A DNA stretch of 64,000 bases. Source: a virus (lineage: Duplodnaviria; Caudoviricetes). The number at the start of each line of letters is the position of its first letter. The stretch's first letter is position 1. The stretch lies in IMG/VR virus record IMGVR_UViG_3300023178_000006; one strand, written 5' to 3'. The notes under the pieces are model-generated. The model searched no databases and was not told the DNA's origin. It saw only the letters and a list, made by a program, of their open reading frames with translations. Shown here piece after piece: positions 19,663 to 28,321 of this stretch. Position numbers and translations under genes: made by a program.

Positions 19663-19980
19663 TTATTCCCAAACAAAGTTTTCCCAAGGTTCATAACAAC
19701 CAGCAACTCCAATTGCTGAATTATCACAACCTCTGTTATCATCAAAAATCTCTAACTTGATTTTGTCAAACATATCTTTTGTCAGTTTGACCATGTTGAC
19801 ATTTTCCATAAAGATACATGATTCATAATCAATAGACATAGGCTTTACGTCGATATGATTTTCGCCAAACTCTTTAATCATTCCAACATATCTCTTACCA
19901 TTCAGTAAAAACTGACACTGTTCGAAAGTATCACCAAATGTTTCTTCACCAAGTTTGGTCCATTTTTCAAATAATTTCAT
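19663..19980 (-). CDS. hypothetical protein
   Basis: 105-aa ORF, coupled. Confidence 0.65.
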   Translation of the reverse strand: MKLFEKWTKLGEETFGDTFEQCQFLLNGKRYVGMIKEFGENHIDVKPMSIDYESCIFMENVNMVKLTKDMFDKIKLEIFDDNRGCDNSAIGVAGCYEPWENFVWE

Positions 19981-20279
19981 TAAGCAACCTCTCTATAACC
20001 AGCAGCTTTACCATAAAAGCCAAGTTTTTCTAATTTTAAAACAATTTCGTTAAAAGCCGCACCTTCAGAATCTTGCGGATAGATACCCACTGTCATTGGG
20101 TCATCAATGAATAATTGACATTGTTCCCAAGTTGGGTTTTGATTGATATAATCGTTGATGATTTTCTTTCCTTTTTCAAAAAGATTCTCATCTCTAGTTC
20201 TGACCTCAAAGTCAGTGATTTCATAACCGTCCATAGTCAAAGATGGTTCCGGTTGGTTTCCTAATATTCTTATTTCCAT
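19980..20279 (-). CDS. hypothetical early protein
   Basis: AAGGAG SD after early promoter. Confidence 0.7.
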   Translation of the reverse strand: MEIRILGNQPEPSLTMDGYEITDFEVRTRDENLFEKGKKIINDYINQNPTWEQCQLFIDDPMTVGIYPQDSEGAAFNEIVLKLEKLGFYGKAAGYREVA

Positions 20280-20309
20280 TTTTACTCCTTTTCCTTAATT
20301 TATATGTAT

Positions 20310-20338
20310 ATTATACCAAATCAAAGTGAATTTGTCAA
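20310..20338 (-). promoter_or_regulatory. sigma70-type early promoter
   Basis: TTGACA-17-TATAAT, identical to the copy at 32446. Confidence 0.9.
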
Positions 20339-20496
20339 CTGTTTTTGTGAAAAAAGTGCAACTTTTTTTCAATTCCTTCATAGAAGCCTTTTAAAAAATG
20401 GAAGGTATTCTATATGGCTTGAGAATTATGTTCTATCTTGATGGTCTGAGGGCTTCGTATGATGCTATTATATTATCACTATGGTTCTTTAGTTAT

Positions 20497-20504
20497 TATA
20501 AATA
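20497..20504 (+). promoter_or_regulatory. T4-type late promoter heading the curli/cyclase island
   Basis: TATAAATA 46 nt before the first + strand ORF. Confidence 0.75.
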
Positions 20505-20549
20505 GAACATGTATAACCCAGTAGGGCTAATACAAATAACAGGGATTAT

Positions 20550-20846
20550 ATGGAATCAGTACTACAATTAATATCCGAGCTAGGTTTACCTATTGCTGGT
20601 GCATTAATTATGGGATTCTTCATCTTCATTATTATTAAACAAATTTTTGAAGGAATCATTGATAGCATTAATACTTTAAATATGTTCTGTGAAAGCCTAG
20701 AGAATAGAGCGAGAACTATGTCTAATGAGGTAGTTAAAATCGATTTGCTCGTGTCTAGCGCACTTGGATTAAATCCCGACATCGAGCGTATAGCTCGGGC
20801 AGAAAATTTTATTGAAGACGGAAAACTCGACGTAAGGAGAGACTAA
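20550..20846 (+). CDS. membrane protein with C-terminal coiled coil (paralogue of 21048)
   Basis: LISELGLPIAGALIMGFFIFIII hydrophobic N-terminus. Confidence 0.7.
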   Translation: MESVLQLISELGLPIAGALIMGFFIFIIIKQIFEGIIDSINTLNMFCESLENRARTMSNEVVKIDLLVSSALGLNPDIERIARAENFIEDGKLDVRRD

Positions 20847-21061
20847 TGCTATTTTGTGGTTATCACTTCAGTTTAAGTGCTGGAGGGGATTTACTGATTT
20901 TTGACGAAGGTGACGGAGAGTTAACCTTAGAAAAGTTTGAGTGGAAACCTGGTGATGAATTCATCGCTTCTCAAACTGAAAATGGTGCTGTAACACTTAG
21001 AAGAAAAGCAGACAGAATATATAATCCAAAACAACTGGATTTATTCGATGGAAGAATTTGA
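20846..21061 (+). CDS. hypothetical protein
   Basis: WKPGDEF motif; coupled at both ends. Confidence 0.6.
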   Translation: MLFCGYHFSLSAGGDLLIFDEGDGELTLEKFEWKPGDEFIASQTENGAVTLRRKADRIYNPKQLDLFDGRI

Positions 21062-21332
21062 TATTATAACACTCGTTAGTGAGTACGGGTTTCCTACAAT
21101 TATGGTGATTGGGTTAGGATATTTCGTGTACTTTGTTTATAACTTTATACAAGAGAATATTTTACCAACAATCGATAAAATGCATTTTCAATTAATCAAA
21201 GTGATTGATAGAATGAGAATGCTAGACCAGGATTTAATTAGACTGCAAGAGAAGGTAGACGTAGTTTTAAAATATAAAGAAAATGAGAAACTGAGAGAGG
21301 CAGGTGAAAAACATGATAAAAAAGATAATTGA
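21048..21332 (+). CDS. membrane protein with C-terminal coiled coil (paralogue of 20550)
   Basis: LVSEYGFPTIMVIGLGYFVYFVY N-terminus. Confidence 0.7.
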   Translation: MEEFDIITLVSEYGFPTIMVIGLGYFVYFVYNFIQENILPTIDKMHFQLIKVIDRMRMLDQDLIRLQEKVDVVLKYKENEKLREAGEKHDKKDN

Positions 21333-21819
21333 TGTAATTTTATTATCCGTTCTAACAATTGGTATTGCAAATGCTGAGCCTATTGTTCACAAATTCAAAA
21401 ATCCTAGTTTCAGTGGTGTTGGAACAGGTGCTCATTATCTCACTATTGAGAATCAAGAACATTCACGTAAGAAAGCAATCAAAGATGCATTAGATGCAGC
21501 CGAGAGAGCAGCACAACGAGAAATTGATAATTCAACATTATCAAAATTTATACGAAATTTAGAGAGTAGGATTTACGCTCAGTTAGCAAAACAATTAGTA
21601 GACAATATGTTTTCTAACGACGACCCTGTAAGATTTGGGTCCTTTGTTTTAGAAGGGTCAACAGTTACATATGAAGTTATTACAAACGCTGACGGAACAG
21701 AATTTATTAAAATGACAATTGTAGATGAAGATGGTACTACAACTGTTATTGAAATACCAATTGGTTCAGGTAACTTTGGAAGTGATGGAGATACTGGTGG
21801 GGATGGTGACGGTGGCTAA
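21313..21819 (+). CDS. csgF: curli assembly protein CsgF
   Basis: Signal peptide ending ANA, then IVHKFKNPSFSG (CsgF NPSFGG motif); C-terminal G-x-F...D..GTTTVIEIP; start moved to ATG 21313 (AGGTGA SD). Confidence 0.8.
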   Translation: MIKKIIDVILLSVLTIGIANAEPIVHKFKNPSFSGVGTGAHYLTIENQEHSRKKAIKDALDAAERAAQREIDNSTLSKFIRNLESRIYAQLAKQLVDNMFSNDDPVRFGSFVLEGSTVTYEVITNADGTEFIKMTIVDEDGTTTVIEIPIGSGNFGSDGDTGGDGDGG

Positions 21820-22780
21820 ACTTTTATCCGCTGTATTTTTATCACTATTATTAGCAAGTTGTGCACAGATGCCACAATGGTCTGAAGGACCAGCATATTG
21901 TGAGTATGGTGAAGGAAGATATGCACAAGGATTTAATACCGATTTTGATAATGATGGTATTATAAATGATGATGCTTTAAGTGTTGGAAAACAACTATAT
22001 ACTGGTACTCGTAAGTATATTGAAACAAAACAAATATGTGTTGAGGCACCACAAGTTGTAAGGTTACCATCATATATTGATTTGCTTAATTTACCACCTG
22101 CTAAAAATAAGCCTGTGGTTGCTGTATATCAATTCCAAGATAAAACAGGACAACGTAAAGATTCAGTTACAGGGCAAAGTTTCTCCACTGCGGTAACACA
22201 AGGTGGAACAGAATTATTAATTGACGCACTCAAAACCGCAGGTGATGGTACATGGTTTAGAGTAGTAGAAAGACAAGGTATTGATGCTTTAGTAAGAGAA
22301 CGACAAATTATTCGTTCGGGCAGAGATGAAGCTGCAAAAGCATTAGATGTTGAACCACAAAAATTAGGACCACTTTTATTTGCAGGTATGATAATCGAAG
22401 GTGGTATTATTGGATATGATAGTAATATACAAACTGGTGGACGAGGAGCAAGAACTCTTGGGATTGGATTTAGTAAATCATACAGACAAGACCAAGTCAC
22501 TGTTTCTTTAAGAGCAGTATCTGTTCTCACTGGTGAAGTACTATTAAATGTTCAAACTAAAAAGACAATTTTAAGTTATGGTTCCGGAGGAGATGTATTT
22601 AGATTCATAGAGCAAGGAACGCAATTGATAGAATATGAAGACGGTGTAGGAAATAATGAAAGTGTGACATACGCAGTACGAACAGCAATTGAAGCTGCCG
22701 TATTGGAAATGGTTTATCAAGGTAATCGTCGTGGATACTGGGAGATAGACTGGAATAAAAATGAAGAGGAAAAAGAATGA
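21812..22780 (+). CDS. csgG: curli secretion channel lipoprotein CsgG
   Basis: GTG start at 21812, lipobox LLASC; VAVYQFQDKTGQRK, FSTAVTQG, WFRVVERQGIDALVRERQIIR, IEGGIIGYD. Confidence 0.92.
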   Translation: MAKLLSAVFLSLLLASCAQMPQWSEGPAYCEYGEGRYAQGFNTDFDNDGIINDDALSVGKQLYTGTRKYIETKQICVEAPQVVRLPSYIDLLNLPPAKNKPVVAVYQFQDKTGQRKDSVTGQSFSTAVTQGGTELLIDALKTAGDGTWFRVVERQGIDALVRERQIIRSGRDEAAKALDVEPQKLGPLLFAGMIIEGGIIGYDSNIQTGGRGARTLGIGFSKSYRQDQVTVSLRAVSVLTGEVLLNVQTKKTILSYGSGGDVFRFIEQGTQLIEYEDGVGNNESVTYAVRTAIEAAVLEMVYQGNRRGYWEIDWNKNEEEKE

Positions 22781-23511
22781 ATAAAAAACTTTTAGGCCTA
22801 AGTTTAGCTTTTATTATGATTCCATTTTTAACATTTGCTCAAGCAACTGATGATAACGAAATCAACATCGAACAGGATGGTGATACTCTTACTTTGTATA
22901 TCGACCAATACGGTTACGGTAACAAAATTGGAGCTGATGATTTTAGTTCATCTTCAAGTGCTATGGTTATAACTGGTTCATCTGTAAATATGAACATTGA
23001 CCAAATTGGTAACTCAAACTTATTATTTGGTCCATTAATTGCAGATAGCTATGTTCTGAATCTATTATTTACTGGTGACAGTAACTCTTGGGATTGGGAT
23101 ATCGGTTATGTTGGTTCTTCAGATAGTTCTACAATGGATGTAGATATTACTGGTGATTCTAACACTATGGATTTTGACCAAGGATACAATGCAAGTGCGG
23201 AAAGATTGGATTTTGATTTAACAGTTATTGGAGACAGTAACATTTTTGATGTTGACATTGACGTTGACGACGCAGTTTGGAATTTCGATATTACTGGTGG
23301 AAGCAACAATATCAATACATTACAAAAGGACGGAGCGGAGCATGAGATTAACTTGACTCACGTAGGTTCTTCTGCTGATATTGATATTAACCAAATCAGT
23401 GGTACATGTCCTACAGGTGTTTCTACTTGTAATGGCATAATTACGTTGGATGTCGATAGTGAAAATGCAACAATTCAGATTAATCAAAAAGATTCATCTA
23501 ACGATTCTTAG
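22777..23511 (+). CDS. secreted curlin-like beta-solenoid repeat protein 1
   Basis: Signal peptide (AQA); about 16 strands with x-I-x-Q-x-G and G-D-S-N turns; C-terminal Cys pair. Confidence 0.65.
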   Translation: MNKKLLGLSLAFIMIPFLTFAQATDDNEINIEQDGDTLTLYIDQYGYGNKIGADDFSSSSSAMVITGSSVNMNIDQIGNSNLLFGPLIADSYVLNLLFTGDSNSWDWDIGYVGSSDSSTMDVDITGDSNTMDFDQGYNASAERLDFDLTVIGDSNIFDVDIDVDDAVWNFDITGGSNNINTLQKDGAEHEINLTHVGSSADIDINQISGTCPTGVSTCNGIITLDVDSENATIQINQKDSSNDS

Positions 23512-24619
23512 CGCATTTCTTTTATTACTACCATTGGGTCTGTCTGCAGCAGACTCAATCGGTAGTATAATTGAACACAAGGGAAGTGCTTCACTTACTC
23601 GTGAACAGGGTGAAGAGCTTGTCGTGAGTGGTTCATTTATACCAGAAGTTGAAATGAACGACACGGCCGAAACAGAAAACGGTCGAATGCTTATCGAATT
23701 CTTAGATAAAGCAGAACTCAGTCTTACAGAAAACACAAAAGTATACATTGATAGAGTATACTACGACCCAGACCCAAGCAAATCAAAAATGGCAATGAGA
23801 ATGGCAATGGGAACTGCAAGGTTCGCATCAGGTCGTTTGGGTATGGTCAACAAAAATAATATAGACATACAAACACCCACAGCTACCATATCAGTTCGTG
23901 GAACAGATTTTACAACAACCATAGATGAATTAGGAAGGTCACTGGTGATACTTTTACCAGACCAATATGGTAATCCATCTGGCACAATAGAAGTTTCAAA
24001 TTTAGGTGGTACGATTGTCTTAGAAGAGGCTTACGCGGCCACTATGGTATCTACATTAGATAGTCCACCGACTCCTAAAGTACAAATAACTAATATAACA
24101 CCAGCGATGATTGATAACATGTTTATCGTTTCTCCTCCACCTGAAGTGAAAGAAGCAATTGACGAAGAAATGCAAGATGACGCAAATGAAGACCAAGGAT
24201 TACTTGACATCGACTTTTTAGAATTCAATGAATTAGAAAAAGATTATCTTGAAGATGACGCATTAGAATTTACTGAACTAGACATTGATTTTCTTGATGT
24301 TGATTTCTTAACAGACGTTTTAGATGTCGTTGAAGAATTAATTAAAACAACTGCAGCACTTGATGATAGAGCTATCTCAGGTACATCTTTAGGAGCTCAA
24401 CTTAAAGGTGCAGCATTTGGACTTAATGCTGATTCTCAATATAATATTTACGAAGACAGTGGTAAGATTATATTTTATAGAAACGTAGAAGGTACGATAC
24501 AACTCGCATTTGCGGTAGATGCTTCAGTTAAAATCGATACTGAAGTGGACGGATATTCTGGTATCATTGACTTGAACCAAGGTCAAGATTCTGTAATAGT
24601 AATTAAACAAGGTGGATAA
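23450..24619 (+). CDS. periplasmic FecR-domain protein with acidic C-terminal region
   Basis: Signal peptide; IGSIIEHKGSA..NDTAET..IEFLD..LSLTENT..G..RFASG..TPTATISVRGTDF; start uncertain (23450 or 23465). Confidence 0.8.
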   Translation: MSIVKMQQFRLIKKIHLTILSAFLLLLPLGLSAADSIGSIIEHKGSASLTREQGEELVVSGSFIPEVEMNDTAETENGRMLIEFLDKAELSLTENTKVYIDRVYYDPDPSKSKMAMRMAMGTARFASGRLGMVNKNNIDIQTPTATISVRGTDFTTTIDELGRSLVILLPDQYGNPSGTIEVSNLGGTIVLEEAYAATMVSTLDSPPTPKVQITNITPAMIDNMFIVSPPPEVKEAIDEEMQDDANEDQGLLDIDFLEFNELEKDYLEDDALEFTELDIDFLDVDFLTDVLDVVEELIKTTAALDDRAISGTSLGAQLKGAAFGLNADSQYNIYEDSGKIIFYRNVEGTIQLAFAVDASVKIDTEVDGYSGIIDLNQGQDSVIVIKQGG

Positions 24620-24627
24620 ATAATAAA

Positions 24628-24852
24628 ATGGAAAAAGAAATACTTAAAATAATTGCAAATCGATGTGATTGCTCTTTAGAAGAAGTCACAAACGAAAAAC
24701 ATATCGTAGATGATTTAAACGCGGATTCATTAAGTGTAGTAGAAATCATTATGGACTTAGAAGCCGAATTTAATATTCAAATTACTGATGAAGAAGCCGA
24801 AGAATTATTAACAGTAAAACAGATTAAAGAATATGTCGAGGTGAATACCTAA
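24628..24852 (+). CDS. acpP: acyl carrier protein
   Basis: DDLNADSLSVVEIIMDLEAEFNIQITDEEAE with DSL phosphopantetheine site. Confidence 0.93.
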   Translation: MEKEILKIIANRCDCSLEEVTNEKHIVDDLNADSLSVVEIIMDLEAEFNIQITDEEAEELLTVKQIKEYVEVNT

Positions 24853-25226
24853 TGGCAAGTATACATTATCTCAAAAGAACAGCTGGTGAAGCGGTCGTAA
24901 AGATTTACGAAACAAGTAGCAGCGGCGATACAATAGAATTAGATATTGCTAATTTAATTTCAGATGGTCAAACATTTGATGCTAATTCAGCTAACGTCAC
25001 AATTAAAGAAATCTTTTGGGGTGTAAAACATAACCACTATATTGACGTATCTCGTAAAGAACGAGGTGGTTCTAATGTTCATGGTCATTATTATTTAGTC
25101 AATGCAGGTTCATATGATTACGATGGATTTGTAGATGATGTATATTCAGAAAGAAACATACAAGTATTACTTGATGGACCTGGTCATGTCATACTTAAAT
25201 TAAATAAAACAGCTGGTTATAGTTGA
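24852..25226 (+). CDS. hypothetical protein (possibly virion-associated)
   Basis: 124 aa, beta-rich, no signal peptide, coupled at both ends. Confidence 0.6.
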   Translation: MASIHYLKRTAGEAVVKIYETSSSGDTIELDIANLISDGQTFDANSANVTIKEIFWGVKHNHYIDVSRKERGGSNVHGHYYLVNAGSYDYDGFVDDVYSERNIQVLLDGPGHVILKLNKTAGYS

Positions 25227-25963
25227 TGGACGAATTTGATAGAAAATTAGATAAATGGTTATTAGGTTTCAGTTGGTGCCTATTGGGAATGTATTTTCTT
25301 TTGGCAACTGGTAAAGCTTATGCAGATAATGTTATAACCATTGAACAAACTGGTGATAATTTAAATTTAGAGATTCAGCAATATGGTGCTGATAACGAAA
25401 TTAAAATGTTAGACCAATATTCGTATATTAACGCGTCATCGTTAGATTTATTAGTTGTTCAATATAATACTGCAGGTAATGATAACACAATAGTATTTGA
25501 TGAAATCAGTGGAACAGGTAACGAATTTAAATTGGGTCAAGGTGTTGCTTTTGATAACACCACACAAGGTTGGAACTATGATGGTGCCGAAGGCGGTGGT
25601 CATTATATGGAAATAGATTTATATGGTAATGATAACTTTGTTGAATGGCATCAAACAAATCAAAGTGATGCAACTGACGGACATGATTTTAACTTACATG
25701 TTGCTGGGTCTGATAATTGGATAGATGGAAGACAACAATCTTCAGGCGCAAAAGAAGCAAACATTACACTTTATAATTCAGACAACGTTTTAACATTTAG
25801 ACAGAAAGGAGCTAACGCAACTCACTCAGCAAATATTACCTTAGATGGTATTTACGGAACGACAGCAACTATTAGACAAAATAGCACAACCAATCAAACA
25901 TACAATTTATCAGTGGATTGTTATACAGTTGGTGGTTGCTCAGTGAATGTGCTACAAGAATAA
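25223..25963 (+). CDS. secreted curlin-like beta-solenoid repeat protein 2
   Basis: Signal peptide (AYA); repeats DNVITIEQTG, NLEIQQYG, NDNFVEWHQ, SDNWIDGRQ, SDNVLTFRQ; C-terminal Cys pair. Confidence 0.7.
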   Translation: MMDEFDRKLDKWLLGFSWCLLGMYFLLATGKAYADNVITIEQTGDNLNLEIQQYGADNEIKMLDQYSYINASSLDLLVVQYNTAGNDNTIVFDEISGTGNEFKLGQGVAFDNTTQGWNYDGAEGGGHYMEIDLYGNDNFVEWHQTNQSDATDGHDFNLHVAGSDNWIDGRQQSSGAKEANITLYNSDNVLTFRQKGANATHSANITLDGIYGTTATIRQNSTTNQTYNLSVDCYTVGGCSVNVLQE

Positions 25964-26277
25964 TGCAAGAGTTAGATGATTTTGGAAATCCAGTAGGAAC
26001 ATTATATCCGGGTGATGAAGGTTGCCCTCAAGATATGATTTGTTTAACCGAAGAAGGATTTAACCAAATGCTTTCTGAAGCTGATATGTATTATAATACA
26101 GAAACATTCCAAGTTGAGCCGATGGGCGATGCTGAAGCAATTATAGATTTCACAACGGATTTATTGTTCTTGGATATTTGGACTATTTTAAATATGGCAG
26201 TACCATTAACAATTTTCGCAGTATATGGTTTAACATTATATGCAGCAGTAAAGTATATCCAAAAGAAGTTTAGTTAA
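25963..26277 (+). CDS. membrane protein
   Basis: Start moved to TAATG-coupled ATG 25963; acidic N-terminus, C-terminal hydrophobic helix. Confidence 0.6.
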   Translation: MQELDDFGNPVGTLYPGDEGCPQDMICLTEEGFNQMLSEADMYYNTETFQVEPMGDAEAIIDFTTDLLFLDIWTILNMAVPLTIFAVYGLTLYAAVKYIQKKFS

Positions 26278-26278
26278 A

Positions 26279-28321
26279 ATGAAATGGTTAACAAAGTGGT
26301 GGACGGTATTATTCACCATTGCTGGTTTTTCAGCGTTACAAATATCAAACCCAAATTTTATTCAAAGTATAGAGTATTCTTATTATGACTATCTCCATTC
26401 AAAAAAGGAAAAAATTGCGTCGGAGGATATCGTCCTCGTCAACATTGACGAAAGAGCTATCAGAGCACAAGGCCAATATCCTTGGCCTAGGGGGAACATT
26501 GCTGATTTCATTAATGCTGGTCCTGCTGATTCTCTTTATGTCTTAAACATAATATATTCTGAAGAAGATAGATTTGGTGAAGATAACGAACTTGCAGAAG
26601 CACTGGCCAATAGAGCTGTTGTATTATCATCAGCACCCACACAACAAACATCTGGTGGAATAGGAACCTTTGTAGGTGTTGCCACTTTTGGAGAACAAGA
26701 TGAAAATTGGTTGTATGAATTTCCAGGCCTTTTGTACCCTATTGAATCTCTTTCTAATTGGGTTTTTGGTGTTGGGGCCACCGTTGCTATTCCTGATGAA
26801 CCAACAGGTGTCGTGCGAAGAGCACCCCTCGTTGTTAAAGCAGCCGGGAATCCTTATCCATCTCTCGCCCTTGACACACTACGAGTGTACACCGGAGAAC
26901 CAAGCTATCAAATGAAAGTAGGCACCAATGGTGTCGAATGGATTCGCATGGGTCGACAAGACCCAATCACTACAAACTCCTTCGCAGAAGTCCCTATAGC
27001 TTTCTGGAATGAATTCGAACAAGTCAGTATATTAGACCCATTACCCGAAGGTAAAGTTTTAATCTTTGGTATTACAGCTGAAGGATATGCTAATCCAGTT
27101 GCAACCCCATTGGGTGCAGTGTATCCCCACGAAGTTCAAGGTCATTTAATTCAGACCGTTCTTTCAGGAGTCGAAATACAGATTCCCGACTGGAAGCCAA
27201 TAGCCGAGCTCGGTCTTCTGGTGTTATTGAGTCTAGGTATCCTTGGAGCGGTCTATATCTTGCCCATAACTCTTGGGGTGATAAAGAGTCTAATTCTGAT
27301 TTGCGGTTCTTATGGAGTATCATTGTATCTCTGGAATGATGCTTTAATCTTTGTTGACGCGACCTTAAGTTCATTTGCTTCCTTAGTAGTTTTTGCCCAA
27401 TCAAGTTTTAACAAGTATTTTATCACATTTTTAGAGAAACGTCAACTAGCAAAACAGTTCGCTGGTTATGCTTCTCCTACAGTCGTTCGTTTACTCCAAG
27501 AGAATCCTTCTCTCGTTAAAGAGGGAATGAAAAAAGAAATTAGTATTTGTTTTTCTGATTTAAGAGGATTTACACCACTGGGTGAAAGCTTCGGAGATGA
27601 CGTACAAGGATTAACGAAGTTAATGAATGGGTATATGGATTCAATCACTGAGCCTGTCCTTAACGCTGATGGAATGATTATAAAGTATATAGGCGATGCT
27701 TCGATGCACATACACAATGCGCCTATTGACGACCCTGAACATCCTAAAACTGCAGTACAAACTGGAATCAATATGCTAAGGAGTGTAGAAAAATTCAATG
27801 AAAAGATTACAGCAGAAGGTCGACCACCAATTGGCATGGGGGCTGGGATTAACACTGGTCTTGGTTATCTTGGTGAGATGGGTTCTACAGAACGACACAG
27901 TTATGATGTACTTGGTGACAGCGTTTCAACTGCTGCACGAATTGAGTCAAAATGTAAAGAATATGGTTGCTTATTATTAGTTGGCGAAGAAACAGTTAAA
28001 CGATGTTCTCCTAATGATTTCTTTTTCCTTAAAGTAGACGACCTTGCAGTAAAAGGAAAAACAGTAGGAATTGGAATATACACAGTATTAGACCTTGATA
28101 AGAATAAATATATTAAACCGGCCGAGATGCATGAAGCAATGCATCAGAATTACCGTAAACAAAACTTCGATAAAGCTATTAAAATATGTAACGACCTTAT
28201 GGAATGTTTTGAAGGTCAGATGGAAGGTTACTACAAGATGTGGATTGAGCGTTGCGAATATATGAAAACGCAAGATTTACCGAAGGATTGGAACGGTGTC
28301 TTTATTGCTACGACTAAATAA
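26279..28321 (+). CDS. CHASE2-domain class III adenylate/guanylate cyclase
   Basis: TM + CHASE2 (IVLVNIDE..YPWPRG, GVVRRAPL, YPHEVQG) + 3 TM + FSDLRGFT, KYIGDA, GINTG, YDVLGDSVSTAARIES. Confidence 0.92.
   Translation: MKWLTKWWTVLFTIAGFSALQISNPNFIQSIEYSYYDYLHSKKEKIASEDIVLVNIDERAIRAQGQYPWPRGNIADFINAGPADSLYVLNIIYSEEDRFGEDNELAEALANRAVVLSSAPTQQTSGGIGTFVGVATFGEQDENWLYEFPGLLYPIESLSNWVFGVGATVAIPDEPTGVVRRAPLVVKAAGNPYPSLALDTLRVYTGEPSYQMKVGTNGVEWIRMGRQDPITTNSFAEVPIAFWNEFEQVSILDPLPEGKVLIFGITAEGYANPVATPLGAVYPHEVQGHLIQTVLSGVEIQIPDWKPIAELGLLVLLSLGILGAVYILPITLGVIKSLILICGSYGVSLYLWNDALIFVDATLSSFASLVVFAQSSFNKYFITFLEKRQLAKQFAGYASPTVVRLLQENPSLVKEGMKKEISICFSDLRGFTPLGESFGDDVQGLTKLMNGYMDSITEPVLNADGMIIKYIGDASMHIHNAPIDDPEHPKTAVQTGINMLRSVEKFNEKITAEGRPPIGMGAGINTGLGYLGEMGSTERHSYDVLGDSVSTAARIESKCKEYGCLLLVGEETVKRCSPNDFFFLKVDDLAVKGKTVGIGIYTVLDLDKNKYIKPAEMHEAMHQNYRKQNFDKAIKICNDLMECFEGQMEGYYKMWIERCEYMKTQDLPKDWNGVFIATTK

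Noticed and set aside
20375-20480. Imperfect inverted repeats and a 35-aa ORF in the divergent gap
   Set aside because: Short, bulged and without an SD; not distinguishable from chance.
26279-28321. Pycsar/CBASS-like defence cyclase
   Set aside because: It has the CHASE2 receptor architecture and ATP-specifying K/D residues, and no TIR or other recognisable effector partner.
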